Source: an uncultured Alistipes sp. (lineage in GTDB: Bacteria > Bacteroidota > Bacteroidia > Bacteroidales > Muribaculaceae). From it: a stretch of 39,874 nt of DNA. The DNA is taken from positions 1 to 39,874 of the forward strand of contig CAZKYD010000003.1 of assembly GCA_964556875.1 (NCBI GenBank), given 5' to 3'. The notes under the pieces are model-generated. The model was given only the letters and a program-made list of their open reading frames with translations, was not told where the DNA came from and did not search any database. This document shows positions 18,190-27,576 of the stretch, piece after piece; the first letter of the stretch is position 1; each line of letters opens with the position of its first letter. The translations under genes were made by a program, and so were the position numbers.

Positions 18190-20331
18190 ATGCCCCTCTC
18201 AATTCAGCAAATTATCGCTCAGGAGATGAATATCCCTGAACAACGTGTAAATGCAACCCTCAAACTTTTAGCCGAAGGCGCTACTATCCCCTTCATCTCG
18301 CGATATCGCAAGGAAGTTACCGGAGGCTTAGACGAAGTTGCCATTTTCAATATTTCGGAGCGCTATGACGCTCTGCGCGAACTTGCTGACAGAAAGATAT
18401 ATATTCTCCAAACCATTGAGGCTCAAGAGCAGCTAACCCCTGAACTTCGCCAAAAAATTGAAGAGACCTACGACCCTGCCGTTCTTGAAGACCTATATCT
18501 CCCGTATAAACCGAAAAAGCGCACCCGTGCTCAAATCGCTCGTGAGAATGGACTGGAACCGCTCGCAAAAATCATAATGTCGCAGAAATGCGCCAACCCC
18601 TCCGACGCCGCTTCGCGATACCTCTCAGAAAAAGTTACCGACGCCGAGAGCGCCATCGCCGGGGCTTCGGATATTATAGCCGAATGGGTAAGCGAAGATC
18701 AACGCACACGCCAAAATGTACGTAACCGCTTCAATCGCTCGGCGCGTATCACCTCGAAAGTAGTAAAAGCAAAAATCGAGGAAGCCGGAAAATATCAGTC
18801 ATATTTTAATGTCGACGAACCGCTATCGCGTTGCTCCTCGCATCGCTATCTGGCTATGCGTCGCGGCCAGGAAGAAGGGTTCCTAAAAGTGACCGTGGGA
18901 ATTGAGGATGACCAAATGATAGAGCGATTACAGGAGAATTTCACTCGTCGCGACGCCTGCAAAGCATCTGCTCAAATCGTAGCTGACGCGGTCTCTGATG
19001 CCTATCGTCGACTTATCAAGCCATCAATTACCACCGAAGTTGAAGCCCTCGCAAAAGAGAAAGCCGACACAGCCGCCATCGCTACTTTTGCCGACAACCT
19101 TCATCAACTTTTGTTGGCTGCCCCGCTCGGAGCAAAACCCGTAATGGGGGTTGACCCGGGATTCCGCACAGGCTGCAAAATTGTATGTCTCGACGCCAAT
19201 GGCAATCTCCTTTGCCATGATGTAATCTACCCCACTCCGCCTCGCAATTATATCGTTGATGCCTCAAAGCGAGTGCTGATGCTCGTAGAAAAATATGGCA
19301 TCGAAGCTATAGCCGTTGGTAACGGCACCGCCAGCCGCGAAACAGAAAGCTTCCTGCGCTCGCTATCATTTCCGCGCAAAGTAGAAATCTTCGTAGTCAG
19401 CGAAGATGGAGCCTCGGTCTACTCCGCTTCGAAAGTGGCCCGCGATGAATTCCCGGAATATGATGTTACGGTTCGTGGCGCCGTATCTATTGGCCGCAGA
19501 CTGATGGATCCGTTGGCAGAATTGGTTAAAATCGATCCCAAATCAATCGGTGTTGGTCAGTATCAACATGATGTTGACCAAACAAGGCTGAAACGTCAGC
19601 TCGACATGACGGTTGAAAGCTGCGTCAACTCCGTAGGCATCGATATCAATACCGCATCGCGCCAGCTCTTAGCTTACGTGTCCGGTATCGGCGACACTCT
19701 GGCCGGAAACATCGTCAGCTATCGTGCCGAACATGGCGACTTCACTTCGCGCGAAACGTTATTAAAAGTGCCTCGTCTAGGGCCAAAGGCTTATGAGCAA
19801 TGCGCAGGATTTATGCGTGTTCGTTGTAGCAAGAATATCCTTGACAACACGGCAGTTCATCCCGAGCGCTACGCTATCGTAGAAAAAATCGCAAAAGATA
19901 GCGGCCACACCATAGCCGAATTAGTAAAAGACACATCGCTACTCGACCATATCGACCTAAATCGTTATGTAACCGCCGATCTCGGCCTACCTACCCTCAA
20001 CGATATCATCGCCGAGTTGCGCAAGCCCGGACGCGATCCTCGCGAAAAAGCTACCGAATTTGCTTTCGACGAAAACGTGCATGAAATTGACGACCTCCGC
20101 GAAGGAATGATTCTGCCCGGAATCGTGAATAACATCACTGACTTCGGCGCGTTCATTGACCTCGGGGTGCATGTCTCCGGTCTTATCCACGTATCGCAAA
20201 TGGCCGACCGCCGCGTTAAGAGCCCGGCCGAAGTGCTGAAACTACGTCAGCAAATCCGAGTAAAAGTTATCGGCGTTGACCTTGACCGCAAACGTATCAG
20301 TCTGTCGTTGCGCGGTGTCGACCAAAATTAA
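18190..20331 (+). CDS. tex: Tex family RNA-binding transcriptional accessory protein
   Basis: GATIPFISRYRKE, LEDLYLPY, GVDPGFRTGCK, GASVYSAS, GVGQYQHD and a C-terminal S1 domain. The ATG at 18190 avoids overlap with the upstream gene. Confidence 0.95.
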   Translation: MPLSIQQIIAQEMNIPEQRVNATLKLLAEGATIPFISRYRKEVTGGLDEVAIFNISERYDALRELADRKIYILQTIEAQEQLTPELRQKIEETYDPAVLEDLYLPYKPKKRTRAQIARENGLEPLAKIIMSQKCANPSDAASRYLSEKVTDAESAIAGASDIIAEWVSEDQRTRQNVRNRFNRSARITSKVVKAKIEEAGKYQSYFNVDEPLSRCSSHRYLAMRRGQEEGFLKVTVGIEDDQMIERLQENFTRRDACKASAQIVADAVSDAYRRLIKPSITTEVEALAKEKADTAAIATFADNLHQLLLAAPLGAKPVMGVDPGFRTGCKIVCLDANGNLLCHDVIYPTPPRNYIVDASKRVLMLVEKYGIEAIAVGNGTASRETESFLRSLSFPRKVEIFVVSEDGASVYSASKVARDEFPEYDVTVRGAVSIGRRLMDPLAELVKIDPKSIGVGQYQHDVDQTRLKRQLDMTVESCVNSVGIDINTASRQLLAYVSGIGDTLAGNIVSYRAEHGDFTSRETLLKVPRLGPKAYEQCAGFMRVRCSKNILDNTAVHPERYAIVEKIAKDSGHTIAELVKDTSLLDHIDLNRYVTADLGLPTLNDIIAELRKPGRDPREKATEFAFDENVHEIDDLREGMILPGIVNNITDFGAFIDLGVHVSGLIHVSQMADRRVKSPAEVLKLRQQIRVKVIGVDLDRKRISLSLRGVDQN

Positions 20332-20354
20332 GCTACCGCCCAAACTAAAGTATC

Positions 20355-20726
20355 ATGGCAAAGTATATCATCTCAATCGGAAGTAACCTCGCCAACGGCG
20401 ACTCGGAAGTAACAGCTGCCATGGAATGGCTTGCCAACGTGGCCACCCTAACAGCAGCCACACGGCCATATCATACCGCCGACGCCAAAAATCCGCAGGC
20501 ACCGGGATATACCAACGCTATCGCTATCGTGATGAGCGAACTCCCCCATGATACCCTGTCGCGCCAACTTAAAGAGTATGAAACAACAAGAGGGCGCCGC
20601 CACAGTGTAGCAGAAGTTGTGATCGACCTCGATTTGGTCTGCTGTGATAACACAATTCTTCGCCCACGCGATTATGCAGCGCCCTACTTTGTTGAAGGGA
20701 TTTATTTACTGACAAGCAAACTTTAA
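20355..20726 (+). CDS. Short, divergent HPPK (FolK)-like protein
   Basis: ISIGSNL, YTNA, LKEYE...GR and IDLDL. It lacks the canonical WGPR and PH segments. Confidence 0.7.
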   Translation: MAKYIISIGSNLANGDSEVTAAMEWLANVATLTAATRPYHTADAKNPQAPGYTNAIAIVMSELPHDTLSRQLKEYETTRGRRHSVAEVVIDLDLVCCDNTILRPRDYAAPYFVEGIYLLTSKL

Positions 20727-20755
20727 GCCATCAGCTTATTTTTACTTGTTAGCAC

Positions 20756-23080
20756 TTATTTTTTAGTTGCGAACAGAACTTTTGTCGGATAAACCTGCTG
20801 TTCTTCAATAACAACATCAACCTTTTCGCGGATATCGCTCAACGACGAGCCAAGCATAAAGGTATAGTTGCCATTATCCGTTACCCACGCACTAATATCC
20901 TCGTTATACGAAGCTAAGTCTTGCAGATTCAGCGTGAACGATATATGCTGAGTTTCGCCCGGCTGCAAATTCTTTGTCTTGCAGAAAGCTTTGAGCTCTT
21001 TTGCCGGTTTGTCAAGATGATCGGTAGGCGCAGCAACATAGAGTTCAACAACTTCTTTACCGCTACATTTCCCGACATTGGTAACATCTACATTCACCGT
21101 AATCGTATCGTCATCATTGGATACTTCGGGATTAGCATAGCTAAACTCGGTATACGACAGTCCATAACCGAACGGATAGGAAACCGCCTTCCCCTTAGTG
21201 TCGAAATAACGATAACCAACATAGATGCCCTCATCATATTCGGTATAGTCGATATCCTTGCGGTCGTTGCGCACCGAATGGCTCTCCAACGAATTATCAT
21301 TCTCATTCTGATCGATGGGGAAATTCAATGTGCTCCATGCATCAGAATATTTTACCGGGAAGGTCATCGGCAGTTTACCGGAAGGATTGGCTTTGCCGGT
21401 AAGAACATCAACTACCGAGTTGCCACCCTCTTGACCGGCTTGCCATGCACATAGAATAGCATCAGGGGCTGATTTCCATGAAGCAGTTTCGATAACGCCA
21501 CCGATATTCAGGACAACTACAACTCGCTTACCCTTTGCATGGAAAGCCTTTGTCACCTTCTCAACAAGCGCAGCCTCATTTTTCGACAAATTAAAGTCGG
21601 CAGCCGAACGGTCGCTAAACTCACCGGAAATACGTCCGAAGGTGATCAGCGCGATATCGTCAACTTCTGCCATCTCCTTCACAAGTTCGTCAGAGATAGC
21701 ATACTCTTCGGCACGTTTATTCGAACCTAAGAACACTTCATAACCTTCGAGAGGCGGGCGATTATTATCATAGTCGGTAAGATACTCATCATATACCTTG
21801 CCCAAAGTTTCATTCAGTTGGAACCCGCCATTTTTCAGGCCATCCAACAGCGAAACAGTGTAAGCACGGTTCACATTTCCCGAACCGGTGCCGCCGGCAA
21901 TAAAGCGATACGACGTATTCCCGAAAAGCGCAACCTTCTTGATGTCGGCAGACAGGGGCAGAGTATTATCAGAGTTTTTCAACAATACCATACCCTCCGA
22001 CGCTGAATTGCGAGTAACTTCGGCGTTACCTTTCAAGTCTGGCTTATTAGAATATTTATATCCTTTAAAATGGGGGGTGCGCACGATAAGTTCAAGCACG
22101 CGCTTTACATTTCGGTCAACAGCAGCCATGGAGAGTGAACCATCAGCAACAGCTGCCAGGATTTGAGTTTTCTGCTTTGCATAACCGGGCTGGAGCATAT
22201 CATTGCCGGCACGCACCTGCTGAACAGCATCCGAACCGCCAAACCAGTCGGTCATAACCATACCCTTGAAGCCCCATTCATCACGAAGCAAGTCAGTAAG
22301 CAGTTCTGAAGATTCCGACGTATAGGTGCCGTTCAATCGGTTATAGGAAGTCATCACTGTCCAAGGTTGCGATTCCTTTACCGCAATCTCGAATCCCTTG
22401 AGGTAGATTTCGCGCAGAGCTCGCGGAGAAACAATTGCATTGTCGGCAACGCGGTTTGTCTCCTGATTGTTGCAAGCGAAATGCTTGATAGAGGTACCAA
22501 CATTGTTCGACTGCACACCACGCACATAAGCAGCTGCGATCTTACCACTGATCAGCGGGTCTTCACTGAAATATTCAAAGTTACGTCCGCATAGCGGATG
22601 GCGATGGATATTCAAAGCCGGAGCCAACAAAACGTCAGCACCATATTCCAGCACTTCGCTACCCATTGCTCGCCCAACCTGCTCTACCAATTCGGTATTC
22701 CATGTTGACGCCAACAATGTCCCGATAGGGAAATGAGTGCAATAGTAGGTATTGCTATCCCCTTCACGCGTCGGGTCGATACGCAATCCGGCAGGGCCGT
22801 CAGACAGCACAATCGCAGGAATGCCAAGGCGCGAATTCGGAAGCGTAGTTCCGGCAGCCCCCGGCACAATATTGCGAGTAGCACCGATTACGGGCGACGG
22901 CGTTTCACCATCACCCATATCCATGCCTGTACCGATCATCAGGTCTACCTTTTCTTCGATGGTCATCGCCTTAACGATTTCATCGATATTATCGGCTTTA
23001 AGTTTCAAAGTCTTTGCATTCATAGGAATGGTAGCAGCCATCATGCAGGCTGTTGCCATAATTACAATTTTATGAGCCAT
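20756..23080 (-). CDS. Glycoside hydrolase family 3 (beta-glucosidase/xylosidase-like), exported
   Basis: DGPAGLR, GRNFEYFSEDP, KHF, nucleophile motif MTDWFG, EGMVLLKN, GYRYF and an FN3-like tail. The ATG at 23080 precedes a signal-like peptide. Confidence 0.93.
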   Translation of the reverse strand: MAHKIVIMATACMMAATIPMNAKTLKLKADNIDEIVKAMTIEEKVDLMIGTGMDMGDGETPSPVIGATRNIVPGAAGTTLPNSRLGIPAIVLSDGPAGLRIDPTREGDSNTYYCTHFPIGTLLASTWNTELVEQVGRAMGSEVLEYGADVLLAPALNIHRHPLCGRNFEYFSEDPLISGKIAAAYVRGVQSNNVGTSIKHFACNNQETNRVADNAIVSPRALREIYLKGFEIAVKESQPWTVMTSYNRLNGTYTSESSELLTDLLRDEWGFKGMVMTDWFGGSDAVQQVRAGNDMLQPGYAKQKTQILAAVADGSLSMAAVDRNVKRVLELIVRTPHFKGYKYSNKPDLKGNAEVTRNSASEGMVLLKNSDNTLPLSADIKKVALFGNTSYRFIAGGTGSGNVNRAYTVSLLDGLKNGGFQLNETLGKVYDEYLTDYDNNRPPLEGYEVFLGSNKRAEEYAISDELVKEMAEVDDIALITFGRISGEFSDRSAADFNLSKNEAALVEKVTKAFHAKGKRVVVVLNIGGVIETASWKSAPDAILCAWQAGQEGGNSVVDVLTGKANPSGKLPMTFPVKYSDAWSTLNFPIDQNENDNSLESHSVRNDRKDIDYTEYDEGIYVGYRYFDTKGKAVSYPFGYGLSYTEFSYANPEVSNDDDTITVNVDVTNVGKCSGKEVVELYVAAPTDHLDKPAKELKAFCKTKNLQPGETQHISFTLNLQDLASYNEDISAWVTDNGNYTFMLGSSLSDIREKVDVVIEEQQVYPTKVLFATKK

Positions 23081-23105
23081 TAGGTTTAAGGTTTTGCAGG
23101 GTTTC

Positions 23106-24299
23106 TTACTTAAAAAGAAGCGGAGCAAATTCGGTAAGATATATACGCCAGTTTTTCCAGATATGGCCATCTTCCGATTCGCGATATGTATACTTGCAAC
23201 CCATCTTGTCAAGCATCTGGCGGAAATCCTTATTTATGTCATAAAGGAAATCCTTATTGCCGATTGCTATCCAATAGAGTTTGGGCTGCAGTTTAAACTG
23301 CATTCCAATCTGCATCTCAAAATCCTCATACACCGGAGAGACAGTGCCTTCTTTCGGGAAAATGGCAGCTGAGAATAAACCTACGTAATCAAACTTATCG
23401 GGATTGTAAGCAGAGATATGACAAGCATGGAAGCCTCCCATCGACAAGCCGGCAATCGCGCGATGCTGTTTGTCGGGGATTGTACGATAATGGCTATCTA
23501 CATATTTCCATACATCAGGGAAGGCCAATTCGAATGTGCCGTCCATAGTGTGGGGAAGCTGAGTGGTAGGAGGCACCAAGCCATAATGGGTTTCACCGGG
23601 AGCAGCCTCTTGCGAAGCATTGCCATTGGTCATTACAACAATCATCGGCTCAGCCTTACCTTCAGCAATAAGATTGTCGAGAATCTGAGCGGTACGTCCA
23701 AGCGCTATCCAGGCTTCCTCATCACCTCCCATACCATGCAGCAGATAGAACACGGGATACGACTTATCGCCATCTTCATATCCGGCAGGGGTATAGACGG
23801 TCATACGGCGCTTCATATTGAGCGTAGGAGAATCATACCATACACGCGAAACTGTGCCGTGGGGCACATCGTGAACGCCATAGAGCGATGCACGGTCACC
23901 TTCAATCAGGAACACATTCGTCACCGTACCGACGTCGCGAATCATATAGACATTTGAGGGGTCATTTACCTGCAGATTGTCAACAAGGAATGTGTAGCTA
24001 TACAGCTCCGGCGCAAGCACATCGGAGGTATATTCCCATAAGCCATCAGCATTCTTTGTAAGGTCGGCAACACCGGGGCCATCATATTTCCCATAAGGGG
24101 TATCAATAGTTTGTTTCGGCAGGAAATCACCGGTAACCTGCACTTTCTGCGCATCCGGAGCCTTCATTCTGAAGGTTACAGAATGATCTGCATGAATGTC
24201 AGGCGATATAATCTGCGGAACGCCCCAAAGAGCTTCCTGTGCATAGCAGATCATCGACAACGCCAACATTGAGGCTGCGATAATGGTTCTGTGTATCAT
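23106..24299 (-). CDS. CE1-like esterase with N-terminal E-set/CBM48-like domain
   Basis: Signal peptide ending CYA/Q. N-terminal VTFR..APDA..V.V.GD Ig-like domain. YLLHG, AIAGLSMGG nucleophile elbow and GHIW. Confidence 0.88.
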   Translation of the reverse strand: MIHRTIIAASMLALSMICYAQEALWGVPQIISPDIHADHSVTFRMKAPDAQKVQVTGDFLPKQTIDTPYGKYDGPGVADLTKNADGLWEYTSDVLAPELYSYTFLVDNLQVNDPSNVYMIRDVGTVTNVFLIEGDRASLYGVHDVPHGTVSRVWYDSPTLNMKRRMTVYTPAGYEDGDKSYPVFYLLHGMGGDEEAWIALGRTAQILDNLIAEGKAEPMIVVMTNGNASQEAAPGETHYGLVPPTTQLPHTMDGTFELAFPDVWKYVDSHYRTIPDKQHRAIAGLSMGGFHACHISAYNPDKFDYVGLFSAAIFPKEGTVSPVYEDFEMQIGMQFKLQPKLYWIAIGNKDFLYDINKDFRQMLDKMGCKYTYRESEDGHIWKNWRIYLTEFAPLLFK

Positions 24300-24346
24300 C
24301 TGTTTAATTGGATTGTAGGTTTTATGTGTTTAAAGATAGACGTTTA

Positions 24347-25753
24347 TTACTTTTTCAGGTATTCATAGATGATGTCGGCCATCTGCTTTGCGCCCTGAGC
24401 ACTCGGATGAATAGCGTCGGGCAACACTTGCTGGCCGTCATTGTTATTGAAACGGTCATGCAATTCAATGATTTCCAGCTTATTCTTCTTTGCAAGCTTG
24501 CGAATAACCGGGATAATTTCATTGACAATCACACTGTCGCTGATGTTCCATGTCGGAGCAAAGGCCGGTATCGGGGTTGCCAACAGGATGCGCGGCTTAG
24601 TAGGCAGAGCCTTCAGGGAGTCAATCATCTGTTGCATATCCGTAGCAAACTCCTTGCCATATTGCCAGTTTTCAGGCTTGGAATCGTTGGTGCCCAACTT
24701 AACGATAGCTACATCCGGGCAGAAATCCAGCGCGTCGCGCCATGCCAACTCGTTCATGTAGGGATAGTCACCTTTATTGAGCATTGTTCGCCCACCGACT
24801 CCGAAGTTCTTCACACAGTAGTCGTCGCCAAGCATATTCTGCAACTGAGCAGGATAGCCCTGCACTTCACACATATCGATGCCGTAGCCATCAGTGATAC
24901 TGTTACCTATGCATGCTACACGTACGGACTCTGCCTTCGGCGCTTTCAGATTCTTCAACCAGGTTGAGATTTCCGTCAGCATCTGGTCATGATAAGCGTA
25001 GCTTTCGCTAAAACCGAACCCATGGCCTCCCGAGGGATAGATATACATAGCGCAGGGGGTACCGGCATTACGAAGCGCCTCGTAATATTTCACACCATTA
25101 GTCAGCGGATCTACAACATCGTCGTCAGCTGCCATCAAGATAATTGCAGGAGGCGTTAGATGGCGGTAAACAGCATTATAGTTAGTCCAGTCATGAACCT
25201 GTTGCTGGTCAGTCTGTCCTTCTCCGAGGAATTGTTCACACGAACCTCGATGCGTTTCATCCGCATTCATGGAGATTACCGGATAGAAGAGGATTGAGAA
25301 GTCGGGGCGCGATTCCCAAGGAGCATGGGTGCTAACCGACGAGGCCAGGTGACCACCGGCAGAAAAGCCCATAATACCAACATCGTGGGGATTCACATGC
25401 CAAACTTCAGCACTGTCGCGCATCGTTTTCATTGCGCGATAAGCATCGCTCAAGGGAATCTCCTTATTGCCCTTTGGCATACGGTATTTCAGGACACAAT
25501 AGGCGATACCTTGGTTGTTGAAAAATTCAGCCCAATCGTAACCTTCGTGATACATCGCGAGATTAACATAGCCACCCCCGGGGCAGTCTACAATAGCACG
25601 CCCGGTAGGATTCTCCGGCAGGAATACGTCGATAGTACTTTCGTTATCGCTTGAATTTAAAAGGTGGATTCGGCGAGCTGTCTGAGCCTCTACTCCGGTC
25701 CAGACACACGTTGAAATGGCAAGAGCCATTAATAACTTCTTATGCAAGGTCAT
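24347..25753 (-). CDS. Two-domain esterase: alpha/beta hydrolase fused to an SGNH/GDSL hydrolase (putative acetyl/feruloyl xylan esterase)
   Basis: Signal peptide ending VEA/Q. Domain 1: PGGGY, GFSAGG, DDVV, GGHGFG. Domain 2: CIGNSIT, NFGVGG, LGTND, DAIHP. ATG at 25753. Confidence 0.85.
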   Translation of the reverse strand: MTLHKKLLMALAISTCVWTGVEAQTARRIHLLNSSDNESTIDVFLPENPTGRAIVDCPGGGYVNLAMYHEGYDWAEFFNNQGIAYCVLKYRMPKGNKEIPLSDAYRAMKTMRDSAEVWHVNPHDVGIMGFSAGGHLASSVSTHAPWESRPDFSILFYPVISMNADETHRGSCEQFLGEGQTDQQQVHDWTNYNAVYRHLTPPAIILMAADDDVVDPLTNGVKYYEALRNAGTPCAMYIYPSGGHGFGFSESYAYHDQMLTEISTWLKNLKAPKAESVRVACIGNSITDGYGIDMCEVQGYPAQLQNMLGDDYCVKNFGVGGRTMLNKGDYPYMNELAWRDALDFCPDVAIVKLGTNDSKPENWQYGKEFATDMQQMIDSLKALPTKPRILLATPIPAFAPTWNISDSVIVNEIIPVIRKLAKKNKLEIIELHDRFNNNDGQQVLPDAIHPSAQGAKQMADIIYEYLKK

Positions 25754-25827
25754 TAGATTTAATAAGTTAAAGCGTTTCAGAGCCCTCATCGCGACTGCTA
25801 AGCCTTCGATGAGGTGTTCTTCTACTG

Positions 25828-25835
25828 CAAAGGTA
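25828..25835 (-). promoter_or_regulatory. -7 promoter element of the esterase-esterase-GH3 operon
   Basis: TACCTTTG on the minus strand, 74 nt upstream of ATG 25753 and divergent from guaA. Confidence 0.65.
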
Positions 25836-25911
25836 GCGGTTTTTTCCGGCACACCCTTTACTTTCTTAGAGGAAATTTACCGAATTATTTATATACTTGG
25901 CAAAAAATGCG

Positions 25912-25919
25912 TAACTTTG
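25912..25919 (+). promoter_or_regulatory. -7 promoter element of guaA
   Basis: TAACTTTG located 30 nt upstream of the guaA ATG. Confidence 0.7.
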
Positions 25920-25949
25920 CATGCAAATCCATCCATACCAGCTAAACCA

Positions 25950-27473
25950 ATGCAGGAAAAGATTGTAATCCTCGACTTCGGGTCGCAGACAACCCAGCTC
26001 ATCGGACGACGCGTCCGCGAGTTAAACACTTACTGTGAAATCATCCCCTACAACAAGTTTCCCCATGACGATACTTCGGTTATCGGAGTAATCCTCTCTG
26101 GTTCACCATTCTCGGTCTACGATGAAAAGGCCTTTAAGGCTGATTTATCTAAGATTCGTAAGCGCTTACCGGTGCTCGGCATCTGCTACGGCGCGCAATT
26201 CATGGCTTGGACCGACGGCGGGAAAGTTGAGCCGGCAGGTAGCCGCGAATACGGCCGCGCATTACTTGAAAAAGTTGACTCTAACGAGCCTATTTTCAAA
26301 GGTATCGAACCCGGCAGCCAAGTATGGATGAGCCACGGCGATACTATCACAGCTATCCCCGACAATTTCCGTCCGGTAGCCTCTACCGATAAAGTGAAGA
26401 TTGCCGCTTATCGTATCGAAGGCGAACAGACTTGGGGCGTTCAGTTCCATCCTGAAGTGTTCCACTCACTCCAAGGCACAGAAATTCTCCGCAACTTCGT
26501 TGTAGATGTTTGCGGTTCGAAGCAAGACTGGAGCGCAGCCTCATTTATTGAAACAACAGTAGCCGCTCTTCGCCAGCAACTCGGCGATGACAAAGTTGTC
26601 CTCGGATTGAGCGGTGGCGTTGACTCGTCGGTTGTAGCCGTGTTGCTCAACAAAGCTATCGGCAAGAACCTCACCTGTATCTTCGTTGACCACGGTATGC
26701 TCCGTAAAAACGAGTTCTCAGATGTGATGCGCGACTACCAAGGTCTCGGCCTGAACGTTATCGGCGTTGATGCCTCCGCAAAATTCTTCAAAGAACTCGA
26801 AGGCGTAACCGAGCCTGAACGTAAACGTAAAATCATCGGCAAAGGATTTATCGACGTATTCGACGAAGAAGCCAGCAAGCTGAAAGATGTAAAATGGCTC
26901 GCTCAAGGCACCATCTACCCCGACTGCATCGAGTCACTGTCAATTACCGGAACCGTAATCAAGAGCCACCACAACGTTGGCGGTCTCCCCGAAAAGATGA
27001 GTCTCAAGCTTTGCGAACCGCTCCGCTTGCTCTTCAAAGACGAAGTGCGTGCCGTTGGTCGCGAACTTGGAATGCCGGAACATCTGATTACCCGTCACCC
27101 CTTCCCCGGCCCCGGTCTGGCAGTCAGAATCCTCGGCGATATCACTCCCGAAAAAGTACGCATTCTGCAGGATGCCGATAAAATCTTCATCGACGGTCTG
27201 CGCGAATGGGATCTCTACAACAAGGTATGGCAAGCCGGCGTTATCCTCTTGCCCGTACAGAGCGTTGGCGTAATGGGCGACGAACGCACCTATGAACGTG
27301 CCGTAGCTCTGCGCGCTGTAACCTCAACCGACGCCATGACCGCCGATTGGGCCCACCTCCCCTATGAATTCCTTGCTGAAGTTTCAAATAAAATCATCAA
27401 CAAAGTTCGTGGCGTAAACCGCGTAGCCTACGACATCTCCTCGAAACCACCAGCCACTATCGAATGGGAATAA
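25950..27473 (+). CDS. guaA: GMP synthase (glutamine-hydrolysing)
   Basis: [33 protein letters not shown] and terminal KPPATIEWE. Start at MQEKI (25950). Confidence 0.97.
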   Translation: MQEKIVILDFGSQTTQLIGRRVRELNTYCEIIPYNKFPHDDTSVIGVILSGSPFSVYDEKAFKADLSKIRKRLPVLGICYGAQFMAWTDGGKVEPAGSREYGRALLEKVDSNEPIFKGIEPGSQVWMSHGDTITAIPDNFRPVASTDKVKIAAYRIEGEQTWGVQFHPEVFHSLQGTEILRNFVVDVCGSKQDWSAASFIETTVAALRQQLGDDKVVLGLSGGVDSSVVAVLLNKAIGKNLTCIFVDHGMLRKNEFSDVMRDYQGLGLNVIGVDASAKFFKELEGVTEPERKRKIIGKGFIDVFDEEASKLKDVKWLAQGTIYPDCIESLSITGTVIKSHHNVGGLPEKMSLKLCEPLRLLFKDEVRAVGRELGMPEHLITRHPFPGPGLAVRILGDITPEKVRILQDADKIFIDGLREWDLYNKVWQAGVILLPVQSVGVMGDERTYERAVALRAVTSTDAMTADWAHLPYEFLAEVSNKIINKVRGVNRVAYDISSKPPATIEWE

Positions 27474-27521
27474 ACCTCTTGTAAGCAATGGCATTAGCCT
27501 ATTTACATAAACTCTACACGA

Positions 27522-27560
27522 CATTCTCCGCCCCCACTTCTGGGCGGAGAATGCCTTTTT
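27522..27560 (+). terminator. Intrinsic terminator-like hairpin downstream of guaA
   Basis: Perfect 12-bp stem cattctccgccc (27522-27533) / gggcggagaatg (27542-27553) with an 8-nt loop, followed by CCTTTTT. Confidence 0.7.
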
Positions 27561-27576
27561 GGCTAACAATCACCAC
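27548..27576 (+). repeat. 29-bp perfect direct repeat, copy 1
   Basis: agaatgcctttttggctaacaatcaccac, identical to 28881-28909. Confidence 0.92.

Noticed and set aside
20921-24967. Long plus-strand ORFs (20921-21454, 23418-23957, 24308-24967)
   Set aside because: They lie antisense to well-supported GH3 and esterase genes and have no recognisable motifs.
25770-25800. Hammerhead-like string (gatgag...gaaac) on the minus strand
   Set aside because: The core reads GCGAUGA rather than CUGANGA, and no proper three-stem junction forms.
25716-25949. N-terminal extension of guaA, and similar extensions of the esterase, GH3, tex and antitoxin ORFs
   Set aside because: The extensions overlap promoters or neighbouring genes; downstream ATGs match the family N-termini or signal peptides.
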